This document shows, one piece after another, positions 1 to 8,090 of a stretch of 38,026 nt of DNA. Every line of letters begins with the position of its first letter. The stretch's first letter is position 1. The position numbers and the translations under genes were made by a program. The notes below the pieces were generated by a model, which saw only the letters and a program-made list of their open reading frames with translations, was not told the origin of the DNA and made no database searches. This DNA is from an uncultured Spartobacteria bacterium. GTDB taxonomy: Bacteria; Verrucomicrobiota; Verrucomicrobiia; Chthoniobacterales; UBA6821. The stretch is from NCBI GenBank assembly GCA_903913785.1, contig CAIWMF010000021.1, positions 1 to 38,026 of the forward strand. Direction: 5' to 3'.

Positions 1-101
1 AAGCCTTCTAGTATCGGAAAGTTTGCCTTGCGACGTAGGAGTGTCTTGATTGCCCAGTCAAACTGAATGAGCTTTTTGACTTGTGGTTCTTCGGGTTGCA
101 T
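1..101 (-). CDS. Rpn family recombination-promoting nuclease/putative transposase (PD-(D/E)XK), 5' part, truncated by window edge
   Basis: The reverse strand from ATG at 101 reads MQPEEPQVKKLIQFDWAIKTLLRRKANFPILEG, the typical FDWAIK..L..KANF.ILEGFLSELL N-terminus of this family. It is nearly identical to 37868-37968. Confidence 0.85.
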   Translation of the reverse strand, partial: MQPEEPQVKKLIQFDWAIKTLLRRKANFPILEG

Positions 102-111
102 AGGACCAAGG

Positions 112-141
112 ACATTACTAGGCTGAGGCAAGGGATGTCAA
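112..141 (-). promoter_or_regulatory. Putative sigma70 promoter of the left Rpn gene
   Basis: TTGACA-18 nt-TAATGT, then 10 nt to the ATG. The same layout is seen at the right Rpn copy. Confidence 0.45.
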
Positions 142-355
142 TGAGTAAGGATCACGAGCATCTAAAAAAAAGAGCCCAAAAAAAGATTGCCAAAAAAAAG
201 GTTGCCTTGAGGATCTCTTTTCAAATAGCTTGAACGTGTTCCTCTTCCTTCTTAGAGGAGCAAAACCGAGCACACTTAAACCAAGCAAAATTGCCTTTTG
301 ATAAGCCTGGGCGCTCGCCTTTATTTTTTAAAACCAATATAGAGTTAATAAGGTT

Positions 356-2746
356 ATGGACCGTGCATCAAAACTCCGATGGCCAACAAAACCGCAAGTT
401 ATTTCAGGTGAGCCGCAAGTTATTTCAGGTGAGAACAAAACAAGCGCGACTCTGTGCAATCAAACTGTTAGCCAAGTACCTAGCACACAAGGACAGTCAC
501 ATGCGGCAGCTCCTATTGATTCACAGAATGTGACTGGTTTGAAAGTTAATCCTGCACGTCACCATATTACTCAACAACATCAACAACACTCACAAGATTC
601 CTCCGTAGTTGAACAAAAGGGTGATTTAGTACCTGGTGATTTAGTACCTATTAACACACAAAATTCATCTTTAGTGAACCCTGCTTCATTACAACCTTCT
701 GTGACACAACAAGCACCAAGTTATCCTAACAGCAATGTAGAAGGTCCGAGTGGTGTTCCACAGAGTAATATTCCTCAGCAGACAAACATACTGAATCTAG
801 ATACATGGCTTGAGTTAACTGAAAAGTTGAGGGCTGTTGCAATGGCAAATGATGAAAAGAACAATACAATAGTGTATGACCTAGCCACAGACAACAATGT
901 TTTTATGAAATGTTTGATATATCCATTAGGAGCGTATTGCTACCATCAAAACGAGCAAACAAAAGAGGAAGTCTCTTCTCCTAGCAATTCAAGTGATTCG
1001 ACTGCGCTAACTTCCGGCAACACAGAATTAACTCATTCCAATGGTCATTCAGTTTTGAGCAAACAAGAAAAATTAGAGAAAGGCCTAAGTAACATTGAGG
1101 CACTATTTAACGCTGTTAAAAATCGTCGAATACATTTGGAAGATCCAATGAATCAAGAGGAATCTGCTACTAATACAACACAAACAAAAAGCGATGGGAT
1201 TTCAAGTTTATTCGGTACTGTATATTCTTGGTTTTTCCCTCAGTCAGAACCGCCGACAGAGTTAACACCCAAGACAGTATCTGATGTATCTCAAGAATTT
1301 AAAAAATTTTATACATCAAATAAAATGGACTTCGAGGTTCTAAGGTATGCTGTAGATACACAATTCAATACTACATTATTTGAGAAGTTATATAATGCAA
1401 TTAATGATGAATATGTTGGAGAGAATAAAAAACAGGGTGCTTCAACCAACACATTAAATAATCTGAATCAACAGAAAGAACAAGCTTCGCAGATGTTAGG
1501 ATATTATAAAAAATTAAAAAACGCTTCATTCGCATTAATTGATGAAAAATATAAAAATTTGAATGTTCAGGATAATGTCTCTTTAAGTCCATTAGATCAA
1601 AAGAATCAAGTATTGCTTTTAAGCATGGGAATGACTGCTCTGAAAGCAAAAAATACTCAATCTAAAACTGATGATATACGATCGATAATAAATAAAAATC
1701 CAGCTGAGAAGCGTTCAACACTCTGTGAACAATGGAATACCAACGTGAAGTTTACAAATGATGACTATGTTGTCTTGAATGACGAAAATGAAATATCAAA
1801 CAAGGATCAATACAAGAAACCTTCCCATCTGATAACACGGTTTTTCTATTCTTTATCGAGAAGATTAAGCCCCACTGATTACTCTGGTGAATATCGGGAG
1901 GCAATGGAAAAAGTGAGAAAGAGTGTATCTGATGATTTTGGATCTCAAGCAAGCCAGCGATTTAATATTGAATTTGGGAGTCGTTATCGTTCTGGAAGAC
2001 CATTAACTTTTGGAGCGCTTCGTAAATTTTTAACAAAAGAAAAAGCACTTGCTAATGGAAAAGAATACGTTTTACAAGCAAGTCCTGGTGAGAATATTTT
2101 ACAACAAGAATTTGAGAAAGCCTATCCTAATACTCGACAAGAAGGCTTTCTTTCTGAAGATAAAAAGGTATTGCTTGCACAGTTTCTCAAAGATCATCAG
2201 GATTTTATTGTTGTTAAGAAAGATGAAAATTCAAGTGGTGACACTAGTTCTTTAGGCAAAAAAGATTGGTGGTTGTGGCCTAGCCAACCTGATATAAAAA
2301 AGGCAAACCGTGAAACTTTGGAGTTATCCGAACCCAAATTCAAAGAATTATTTGAAAAAAATACAGCAGGCACTCTATTAGTACAGCCGGCAAGGACAGC
2401 AGAATTTCAAGAAAAAATTACACCTTTTTTACAACAAGAAAAATATTTAACTATTGCTGATATCACTCAAGTGCAAAGTTTTGTAGAAAATTTATCTGAG
2501 AAAAAATATGATGGTTTGCAAGGGACTTTCGAAGCTCTAGTAAGTATATTATCGGGGCCTTCCGAAGCAATGACGACAGCAACTAATATTGCACACGCTG
2601 CGGCAGGAGCTAGAGCCTTCGGTAACGGGAACACCGTGCTTCATGGAGTAGGAAATGCTGCATCAATAGGTACGCTATTAGCAGCTCTTCCAGAAGAGTA
2701 TGGAATTCGTCTGGCAGCAGCAACTATCTTCGCACTGAGGGGATAG
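356..2746 (+). CDS. Hypothetical 796-aa protein with a long disordered Q/S/P/N-rich N-terminus (effector-like orphan)
   Basis: Long ORF, visibly more AT-rich than the housekeeping genes, with no recognisable domain and a Gly/Ala-rich hydrophobic C-terminus. Confidence 0.75.
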   Translation: MDRASKLRWPTKPQVISGEPQVISGENKTSATLCNQTVSQVPSTQGQSHAAAPIDSQNVTGLKVNPARHHITQQHQQHSQDSSVVEQKGDLVPGDLVPINTQNSSLVNPASLQPSVTQQAPSYPNSNVEGPSGVPQSNIPQQTNILNLDTWLELTEKLRAVAMANDEKNNTIVYDLATDNNVFMKCLIYPLGAYCYHQNEQTKEEVSSPSNSSDSTALTSGNTELTHSNGHSVLSKQEKLEKGLSNIEALFNAVKNRRIHLEDPMNQEESATNTTQTKSDGISSLFGTVYSWFFPQSEPPTELTPKTVSDVSQEFKKFYTSNKMDFEVLRYAVDTQFNTTLFEKLYNAINDEYVGENKKQGASTNTLNNLNQQKEQASQMLGYYKKLKNASFALIDEKYKNLNVQDNVSLSPLDQKNQVLLLSMGMTALKAKNTQSKTDDIRSIINKNPAEKRSTLCEQWNTNVKFTNDDYVVLNDENEISNKDQYKKPSHLITRFFYSLSRRLSPTDYSGEYREAMEKVRKSVSDDFGSQASQRFNIEFGSRYRSGRPLTFGALRKFLTKEKALANGKEYVLQASPGENILQQEFEKAYPNTRQEGFLSEDKKVLLAQFLKDHQDFIVVKKDENSSGDTSSLGKKDWWLWPSQPDIKKANRETLELSEPKFKELFEKNTAGTLLVQPARTAEFQEKITPFLQQEKYLTIADITQVQSFVENLSEKKYDGLQGTFEALVSILSGPSEAMTTATNIAHAAAGARAFGNGNTVLHGVGNAASIGTLLAALPEEYGIRLAAATIFALRG
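392..433 (+). repeat. 21-bp tandem duplication (PQVISGE x2)
   Basis: ccgcaagttatttcaggtgag occurs at 392-412 and 413-433. Confidence 0.95.
620..649 (+). repeat. 15-bp tandem duplication (GDLVP x2)
   Basis: ggtgatttagtacct occurs at 620-634 and 635-649. Confidence 0.95.
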
Positions 2747-2891
2747 AAGAAAAAGTTGAGTGCTAGGAAAAATGCATTCGAGAAAAGTATACTATCTACT
2801 AGTTTCGTTCTTGGCGCAAATGAGGTGGATAATGCCTCATCTTTCGTAGTCTCTTGAGAGTATTTTACGTTTGATCTTTGTAAAATCTTTT

Positions 2892-3947
2892 ATGCCCAAT
2901 ACACCTCCTATTTCTCATAATAGGCTTCCTCTTCCTAATACTCCACCTGTTGCCGAGCGGTCTCTAGGTGAGACGATTTCTGATTTTTTATTTGATCATA
3001 AAATTGATGGGAAGGTTGTTGAGGTTGCCGAGATGCCTGAAGTGCTCTTGGGACGTGCTCAGTCTGCTGCAGGAGAGGTGGTCAAGCAGTTGAAGTCGTT
3101 TGTGAATTTTTCCACTGCTAGTGAGGGGCATAGACTCGGTGGAGGGGAAATGCCCGTAAGTCTGGAAGCATTACGGGCAAGAAGAATAGAAAAATTGACA
3201 GCACCCCACGTGGAGAATGCACTTGATACTTCTCTAGAGGAGACGAGTGGATTATCAGTTGCAGATGTCGCCAAGAGTATCGCAGGGATTGTGAATTATC
3301 GTGGGTTTGCCAAGAAATTAGCCTCAGATCTGCTCGTTGGTTATTTTCGAGGCGAAGATCCTCAACTAACAGTCATCAAAAGCATTGCTGGTTATGCCGG
3401 TGGTCTAGCTGTCGTCGGTCTACTAGGCGAAAAGAGTCAAGTAATTCATACACTCAAGGAATCCAAAAAAGACTTTCCTGGGTCTGCTCGCCGACTTGGG
3501 GGTGAGCATGAAGGGTCTTTATCACAAGAGGAATTGCAGGCTTGCATGCACCAGGCGGCTTTTGATCGTCTCCTCACTTCGTGTTGTCAGAGAGCTGCGC
3601 TACCTGCTAGCAAAGAACAATTAGAAGGATTCAAAGAACTGATCGGAGAAGATAGGTATCATGAGTTTATAGGAAAATTTCCTAACCCTACCCAAAATGA
3701 TCTGACACTTGAAATGAATCGTCCAACGTGGACACTTGCTCCAGAGACAACGCCTGGGAGTCAACAAAGAGACTTAGAAGAAAGTAAAGAAAATTTTCTT
3801 AAAGCGGCTCGCACAATCGCTCCTAGAATCGTTCCCATGATAGCCTCACTGACGGCCTCAGATCTGGCACAAGGGAAATGGGCAGATGCGGAGGAAACGG
3901 CAACAGAGGTTATTAAAAGTCTTCTTAGCACAAGTCGTGTAGGGTAG
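2892..3947 (+). CDS. Hypothetical protein, effector-like, with candidate p97/VCP-binding short motifs
   Basis: The ORF track gives 2871..3947; the ATG at 2892 (MPNTPPISHNRLPLPNTPP) is the more likely start. Pro/Ser-rich N-terminus and two RLGG-containing motifs. Confidence 0.75.
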   Translation: MPNTPPISHNRLPLPNTPPVAERSLGETISDFLFDHKIDGKVVEVAEMPEVLLGRAQSAAGEVVKQLKSFVNFSTASEGHRLGGGEMPVSLEALRARRIEKLTAPHVENALDTSLEETSGLSVADVAKSIAGIVNYRGFAKKLASDLLVGYFRGEDPQLTVIKSIAGYAGGLAVVGLLGEKSQVIHTLKESKKDFPGSARRLGGEHEGSLSQEELQACMHQAAFDRLLTSCCQRAALPASKEQLEGFKELIGEDRYHEFIGKFPNPTQNDLTLEMNRPTWTLAPETTPGSQQRDLEESKENFLKAARTIAPRIVPMIASLTASDLAQGKWADAEETATEVIKSLLSTSRVG

Positions 3948-4024
3948 CTCGAGAGGAAGTGATGGGCAAAGAACTTGGTTTCAGGTTTTGACCAACAGAC
4001 AAACTTTCTGATAGGTTCTTAACA

Positions 4025-5059
4025 ATGTTACCTCAAGACTCACGATTACAGGATGCAACCTTAGCAATACCGTACACACGCTCTCTTTTTTTTCTGCATG
4101 TTCTTGCCGTTGTGACGACGTTATTGACGTTTTTGCTCTTGTATAGTGGTGGTTTGGTGACGTCAAAAGGGGTGGGTATGTCCGTGCCTGATTGGCCGAC
4201 AACGTATGGATATAATATGTTTCTTTTTCCCATTTCACGTTGGGTGGGTGGGATTTTTTACGAGCATAGTCACCGCTTGTTAGCATCTGGGATTGGTTTG
4301 CTCACCGTACTCTTAACAGTGGCCACCTTTGCCCTTGAGAAGCGTCGTTTGCTTCGCATGCTGGTTGTCATAGCGCTTTTTGCGGTGATGTTGCAAGGTT
4401 TGCTTGGAGGTCTGCGTGTGACGCTCTGTCAAGATCAGATTGGTATTTTTCATGGTATTTTATCGCAATCATTTTTTTCGCTCTTGCTTGTTTTTTCTGT
4501 TGTGACGAGTCGGCAGTTTTCGGAGGGTCGATGGTTTCATGATCCCTTGGCGTGTTCTCTTCGTAGGCCTGCTTGTGTGGCGCTTGTGTTAGTCTATTTT
4601 CAACTCATCATTGCTGCGACAATGCGTCATAGTCATCTTGGTCTTTCTATTCCTGATTTTCCAACAGCCTACGGTCACTTGCTGCCTCCTTTTTCAGAGC
4701 AAGCGCTCGTGCTCATTAATAAGAACCGCCTTTTCCAGGGGATGATGCCAACAACTATTTTTCAAATCTCTCTTCAAATGATTCATCGCACAGGAGCTCT
4801 CTTACTAAGCGGAGTGCTGGTGCTCTTAATCATGCGTAGTTATAGTAACTTTCCAAAGAAGCATTGGGCACGCCGTTGGTCAGCGGCTTGGGGATGCATG
4901 CTCTTATGCCAGGTGATGCTGGGAGCATGGACGATTTGGTCCAATAAGGCAGCTGATATTGCCACGATGCATATGGCTCTTGGGGCCTTGATGCTTGGGG
5001 CAGCTTATCTCTTTGTCTTCCGGATTTACTCGGCGACGTCTCTCCTAAATGACAATTAA
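4025..5059 (+). CDS. ctaA: Heme A synthase (COX15/CtaA family)
   Basis: GGLVTS..GMSVPDWP, EHSHRL, QGLLGGLRV and further conserved His residues; multiple TM helices; adjacent to ctaB. Confidence 0.9.
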   Translation: MLPQDSRLQDATLAIPYTRSLFFLHVLAVVTTLLTFLLLYSGGLVTSKGVGMSVPDWPTTYGYNMFLFPISRWVGGIFYEHSHRLLASGIGLLTVLLTVATFALEKRRLLRMLVVIALFAVMLQGLLGGLRVTLCQDQIGIFHGILSQSFFSLLLVFSVVTSRQFSEGRWFHDPLACSLRRPACVALVLVYFQLIIAATMRHSHLGLSIPDFPTAYGHLLPPFSEQALVLINKNRLFQGMMPTTIFQISLQMIHRTGALLLSGVLVLLIMRSYSNFPKKHWARRWSAAWGCMLLCQVMLGAWTIWSNKAADIATMHMALGALMLGAAYLFVFRIYSATSLLNDN

Positions 5060-5071
5060 CGCTGCACACTC

Positions 5072-5983
5072 GTGACTCTACCATCTCACTCCACAAGTAT
5101 CACTCCTGGGCAACTCATTAAAAATCGTGCTCATGATTTTATGGAGCTTGTTAAACTTCGCTTGTCGCTTCTGGTCCTTGTTACGACACTTGTCGGTTTT
5201 CTCTTAGGTTGGGTGGGACCTATGGATTATTTTTTGCTCGTGATCACTCTGATGGGCACAGCCTTCAGTGCCTTTGGAGCCTCATCGCTCAATCAATGGT
5301 GGGAACATGAATTTGATGCTCTCATGAAGCGCACACAAGATCGTCCTATTCCTGGAAGAAGATTGCATCCCAGGGATGCTTTCTGTTTTGGCGTCTTATC
5401 GATTCTACTGGGCAGTGGGCTTCTCTTCTTTTTTGTGAATACTATTTCTGCAGTATTAGGAATCATGACGGTGGTGATTTATATTCTTTGCTATACTCCG
5501 ATGAAACGCTATAGCACGTTCAATACCTTATTAGGAGCCATTCCAGGGGCGATTCCTCCACTGCTTGGCTGGAGCGCTGCAACCGGAGAGATCGGGTTAG
5601 ATGGGGTCGTTCTCTTTCTGATACTTTGGTTTTGGCAAATGCCGCACTTTTTAGCTATCGCATGGTTGTATCGTGAGGACTATGCGGCTGCAGGATTTCG
5701 GATGCTCAGTGTGGATGATCCCAGTGGTCTTGTGACATCACGTCAGGCGTTGCTCTATGCCTTGGGCTTGCTTGCAGTATCTCTAGTGCCCGGGCTTATT
5801 GGCATGGCATCCTTGCTTTATTTTATCCTGGCTTTTTTATTTGGTTTGCTCTTTGTGCTCACTGCACTTTTCTTTGTGATGAAGCGAACGAGAAAAAATG
5901 CACGTTATTTATTCTTCGCCTCCATTATCTATCTTCCCCTCATCTTGCTCATTCTCTTGTTGTGTCAGAGTGCACGCATCTAA
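5072..5983 (+). CDS. ctaB: Protoheme IX farnesyltransferase (heme O synthase)
   Basis: DALMKRTQDRPIP, YTPMKR, GAIPGAIPPLLGW, WQMPHFLAIAW and DYAAAGFRML motifs. Confidence 0.95.
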   Translation: MTLPSHSTSITPGQLIKNRAHDFMELVKLRLSLLVLVTTLVGFLLGWVGPMDYFLLVITLMGTAFSAFGASSLNQWWEHEFDALMKRTQDRPIPGRRLHPRDAFCFGVLSILLGSGLLFFFVNTISAVLGIMTVVIYILCYTPMKRYSTFNTLLGAIPGAIPPLLGWSAATGEIGLDGVVLFLILWFWQMPHFLAIAWLYREDYAAAGFRMLSVDDPSGLVTSRQALLYALGLLAVSLVPGLIGMASLLYFILAFLFGLLFVLTALFFVMKRTRKNARYLFFASIIYLPLILLILLLCQSARI

Positions 5984-6003
5984 CCCGAATATTTAACACT
6001 GAT
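5981..6003 (+). mobile_element. Solo degenerate terminal inverted repeat of the palindromic element family; its first TAA is the ctaB stop codon
   Basis: TAACCCGAATATTTAACACTGAT versus consensus TAACCCG(C/G)ATATTTCAYACTGAT. No partner TIR was found downstream. Confidence 0.7.
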
Positions 6004-6004
6004 T

Positions 6005-6118
6005 ATGTCAAAAAAAACACGCTATTTGATGGGTATGAGTATTCTTTTATTTGCTCTTGGATTAACAGCGACCGTTCTCTATCTCATGATGCTACGTGGT
6101 CCAGCGCTTGCTCAATAG
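6005..6118 (+). CDS. Putative 37-aa single-pass membrane protein (below the ORF-track cutoff)
   Basis: MSKKTRYLMGMSILLFALGLTATVLYLMMLRGPALAQ*: basic N-terminus plus one hydrophobic helix, directly after ctaB. Confidence 0.5.
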   Translation: MSKKTRYLMGMSILLFALGLTATVLYLMMLRGPALAQ

Positions 6119-6266
6119 CGCATCTCAAGAAAGTAAAATGGGGTAACGTGTACCTAAAAAGCCCCCCCATAACAAATAACCCCGAATGTACGAGACAAAC
6201 GGGGTCATTGTGATTTTTGTTATGAAGCCATAGGGGGGAGCCTAACTTCACCTTTTCTGGGGAGTC

Positions 6267-6424
6267 TTAGAAAATATTTTCAGAGTCTACTAGCAAAATA
6301 AATAGGTCATGAAGGTACTGGCTCTAGCCGAGTGCTTCAGGCGTACTCGATCGCTGTGCACCGTTGAATTCTTGTTTTCCATGATCCTTCATGAGCCTTA
6401 AGCGACTTTGAAAACAAGTTCTTA
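6267..6424. mobile_element. Degenerate palindromic element of a different family, overlapping the rplQ stop codon
   Basis: Left end TTAGAAAATATTTTCAGAGTC versus reverse complement of right end TAAGAACTTGTTTTCAAAGTC. Inner IR GGTCATGAAGG/CCTTCATGAGCC; central hairpin CGAGTGC..GTACTCG. Confidence 0.5.
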
Positions 6425-6829
6425 TTTCTCTGAGGGTATAGATTCTATTTCTATTTTTGCTTCAGCAATAGGAGCGGAATCAACCCACTCAAGGTAGGCC
6501 ATCGGAGCGCTATCACTTTGACGGGGTCCTAATTTTGTGATTCTTGTATAGCCTCCCTCGCGAGTAGCTGCTGCAGGAGCTATTTTGTCAAAAAGAATTT
6601 TGACAATATCTTTGTGCTTAAGGTAGGAAATAGCTGTTCTACGTGCGTGAAGATCGCCGCGTTTACCCAGGGTTACCATGCGCTCTGCGAGTGGCCGTGT
6701 GGCCTTTGCTTTGGCAAGTGTTGTTTTGATGCGATGATGTTCAATCAAGCTACACACTTGATTGGCTAGGAGAGAATCGCGATGGGCCGTAGAGCGGCCA
6801 AGTTTAATAGTTTTTCTGCGGTGACGCAT
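6422..6829 (-). CDS. rplQ: 50S ribosomal protein L17
   Basis: MRHRRKTIKLGRSTAHR...IKTTLAKAK...GGYTRITKLGPRQSDSAPMA; follows rpoA. Confidence 0.98.
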   Translation of the reverse strand: MRHRRKTIKLGRSTAHRDSLLANQVCSLIEHHRIKTTLAKAKATRPLAERMVTLGKRGDLHARRTAISYLKHKDIVKILFDKIAPAAATREGGYTRITKLGPRQSDSAPMAYLEWVDSAPIAEAKIEIESIPSEK

Positions 6830-6850
6830 AGGTCTAAATGTTGTTGAAGA

Positions 6851-7867
6851 TTACTCTAAAATAGTGGTCACAATCGAGGTCTGTTCGATGAGACCTGCTT
6901 CGAACTTCATGCCAAGTCCTAGACCAAGTTGTACTAATTTGTCTTTGATCTCATTGAGTGATTTTTTACCGAAGTTGCGATATTTTAACATATCTGGCTC
7001 TGATTTGGTGGCTAGCTGGCCAACGGTAGTGATGTTCGCATTGTTCAGGCAATTAGCGGCACGTACGGAGAGTTCAATTTCATTGACGCTCATGGCGAGA
7101 AGTTTCTTGAGGCGGCTGTTTTCCTGGCTGACTTCTGTTGGGGTTTCATCAAATTCCACTTGTGTGTCGTCAAAGTTGACAAAGACATCGAGATGATGGC
7201 GTAAGATGGCAGAAGACTGGAGGATCGCTTCCTCTGGGGTGAGGCGACCATCGGTCCAGACTTCCAGGATGAGCTTATCGTAGTCGGTGCGTTGTCCTAC
7301 ACGCGTATTTTCAACAGCATATTTGACCCGTGTTACTGGAGAGAAAATAGAATCAATGGCGATAACACCAACAGCCATGTCAGGATATTTATTTTCATCA
7401 CCAGTGGCAAAACCACGACCGACTTTGATTTCAAGTTCGGCTTCGAATTTCATCTTTTTGTCCAGCGTGCAGATGTGTTGATCTGGGTTGAGTACCTCGC
7501 ACTGAGCAGTGGAGGTGATGTCACCTGCGGTGACAGCTCCCTCTTTATTAACTGAAAGCGTGAGCATGCGCACTTCATGATCATGCGCTTTGAATTTCAC
7601 TTTTTTTAAGTTCAGGATAATTTCTACGACATCTTCAACAATGCCAGGCAAGCTTGTGAATTCATGAGCAGCACCTTCAATGCGGACCGAAGTGATCGCA
7701 GCCCCCTCTAAGGAAGAGAGCAAGGTGCGGCGTAATGAGTTTCCAATGGTGTGGCCATATCCTGCCTCAAAGGGTTCTGCAATGAATTTTGCATAGGTGT
7801 CGGTGGCAGAAGACTCTTCTTTTACGAGAGCTTGTGGCATTTCAAAACGACCAAGACGAATAGGCAT
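6851..7867 (-). CDS. rpoA: DNA-directed RNA polymerase subunit alpha
   Basis: EPFEAGYGHTIGNSLRRTLLSSL, RVGQRTDYDKL, ELSVRAANCL, NFGKKSLNEI. Likely start is MPIRLGRFEMP at 7867. Confidence 0.98.
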   Translation of the reverse strand: MPIRLGRFEMPQALVKEESSATDTYAKFIAEPFEAGYGHTIGNSLRRTLLSSLEGAAITSVRIEGAAHEFTSLPGIVEDVVEIILNLKKVKFKAHDHEVRMLTLSVNKEGAVTAGDITSTAQCEVLNPDQHICTLDKKMKFEAELEIKVGRGFATGDENKYPDMAVGVIAIDSIFSPVTRVKYAVENTRVGQRTDYDKLILEVWTDGRLTPEEAILQSSAILRHHLDVFVNFDDTQVEFDETPTEVSQENSRLKKLLAMSVNEIELSVRAANCLNNANITTVGQLATKSEPDMLKYRNFGKKSLNEIKDKLVQLGLGLGMKFEAGLIEQTSIVTTILE

Positions 7868-7884
7868 AGGATAGTGATAGTTGT

Positions 7885-7950
7885 TTGCCGGGTTTCCCTT
7901 AGCGCATTGCGTAATGACGGTTAAGATCATGACTTAAGGACCAACGGCAA
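7885..7950 (-). promoter_or_regulatory. Putative structured 5' leader of rpoA-rplQ
   Basis: On the minus strand, a closing stem TTGCCG...CGGCAA, a GGTCCTTA/TAAGGGA..CC stem and two inner hairpins, ending 17 nt before the ATG. Confidence 0.4.
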
Positions 7951-7983
7951 CTTTTTCTTAATATAAGTTTGCGCAAGCGCGTT

Positions 7984-8011
7984 AGACTACATGGTTTTTT
8001 GGGAGGTGCAA
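7984..8011 (-). promoter_or_regulatory. Putative sigma70 promoter for rpoA
   Basis: TTGCAC-16 nt-TAGTCT on the minus strand with an AT-rich upstream tract. Confidence 0.35.
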
Positions 8012-8090
8012 GAAATTTTTTAGAGGTATTGGGTCCTTTGTAGGAATCATGAATTCTTCCAACAAAGGTATAAGAATAGGTCGATCGAGA

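Noticed and set aside
6162-6240. Hairpin CATAACAAA..ACCCCG / CGGGGT..TTTGTTATG as a terminator or ncRNA
   Set aside because: It is imperfect with no clear U-tract or family resemblance, so the evidence is insufficient for a call.
6864-7555. Antisense or alternative-frame ORFs over rpoA, and similarly over tolC, GH1, hem and phe genes
   Set aside because: They are shadow ORFs of well-supported genes with no recognisable motifs.
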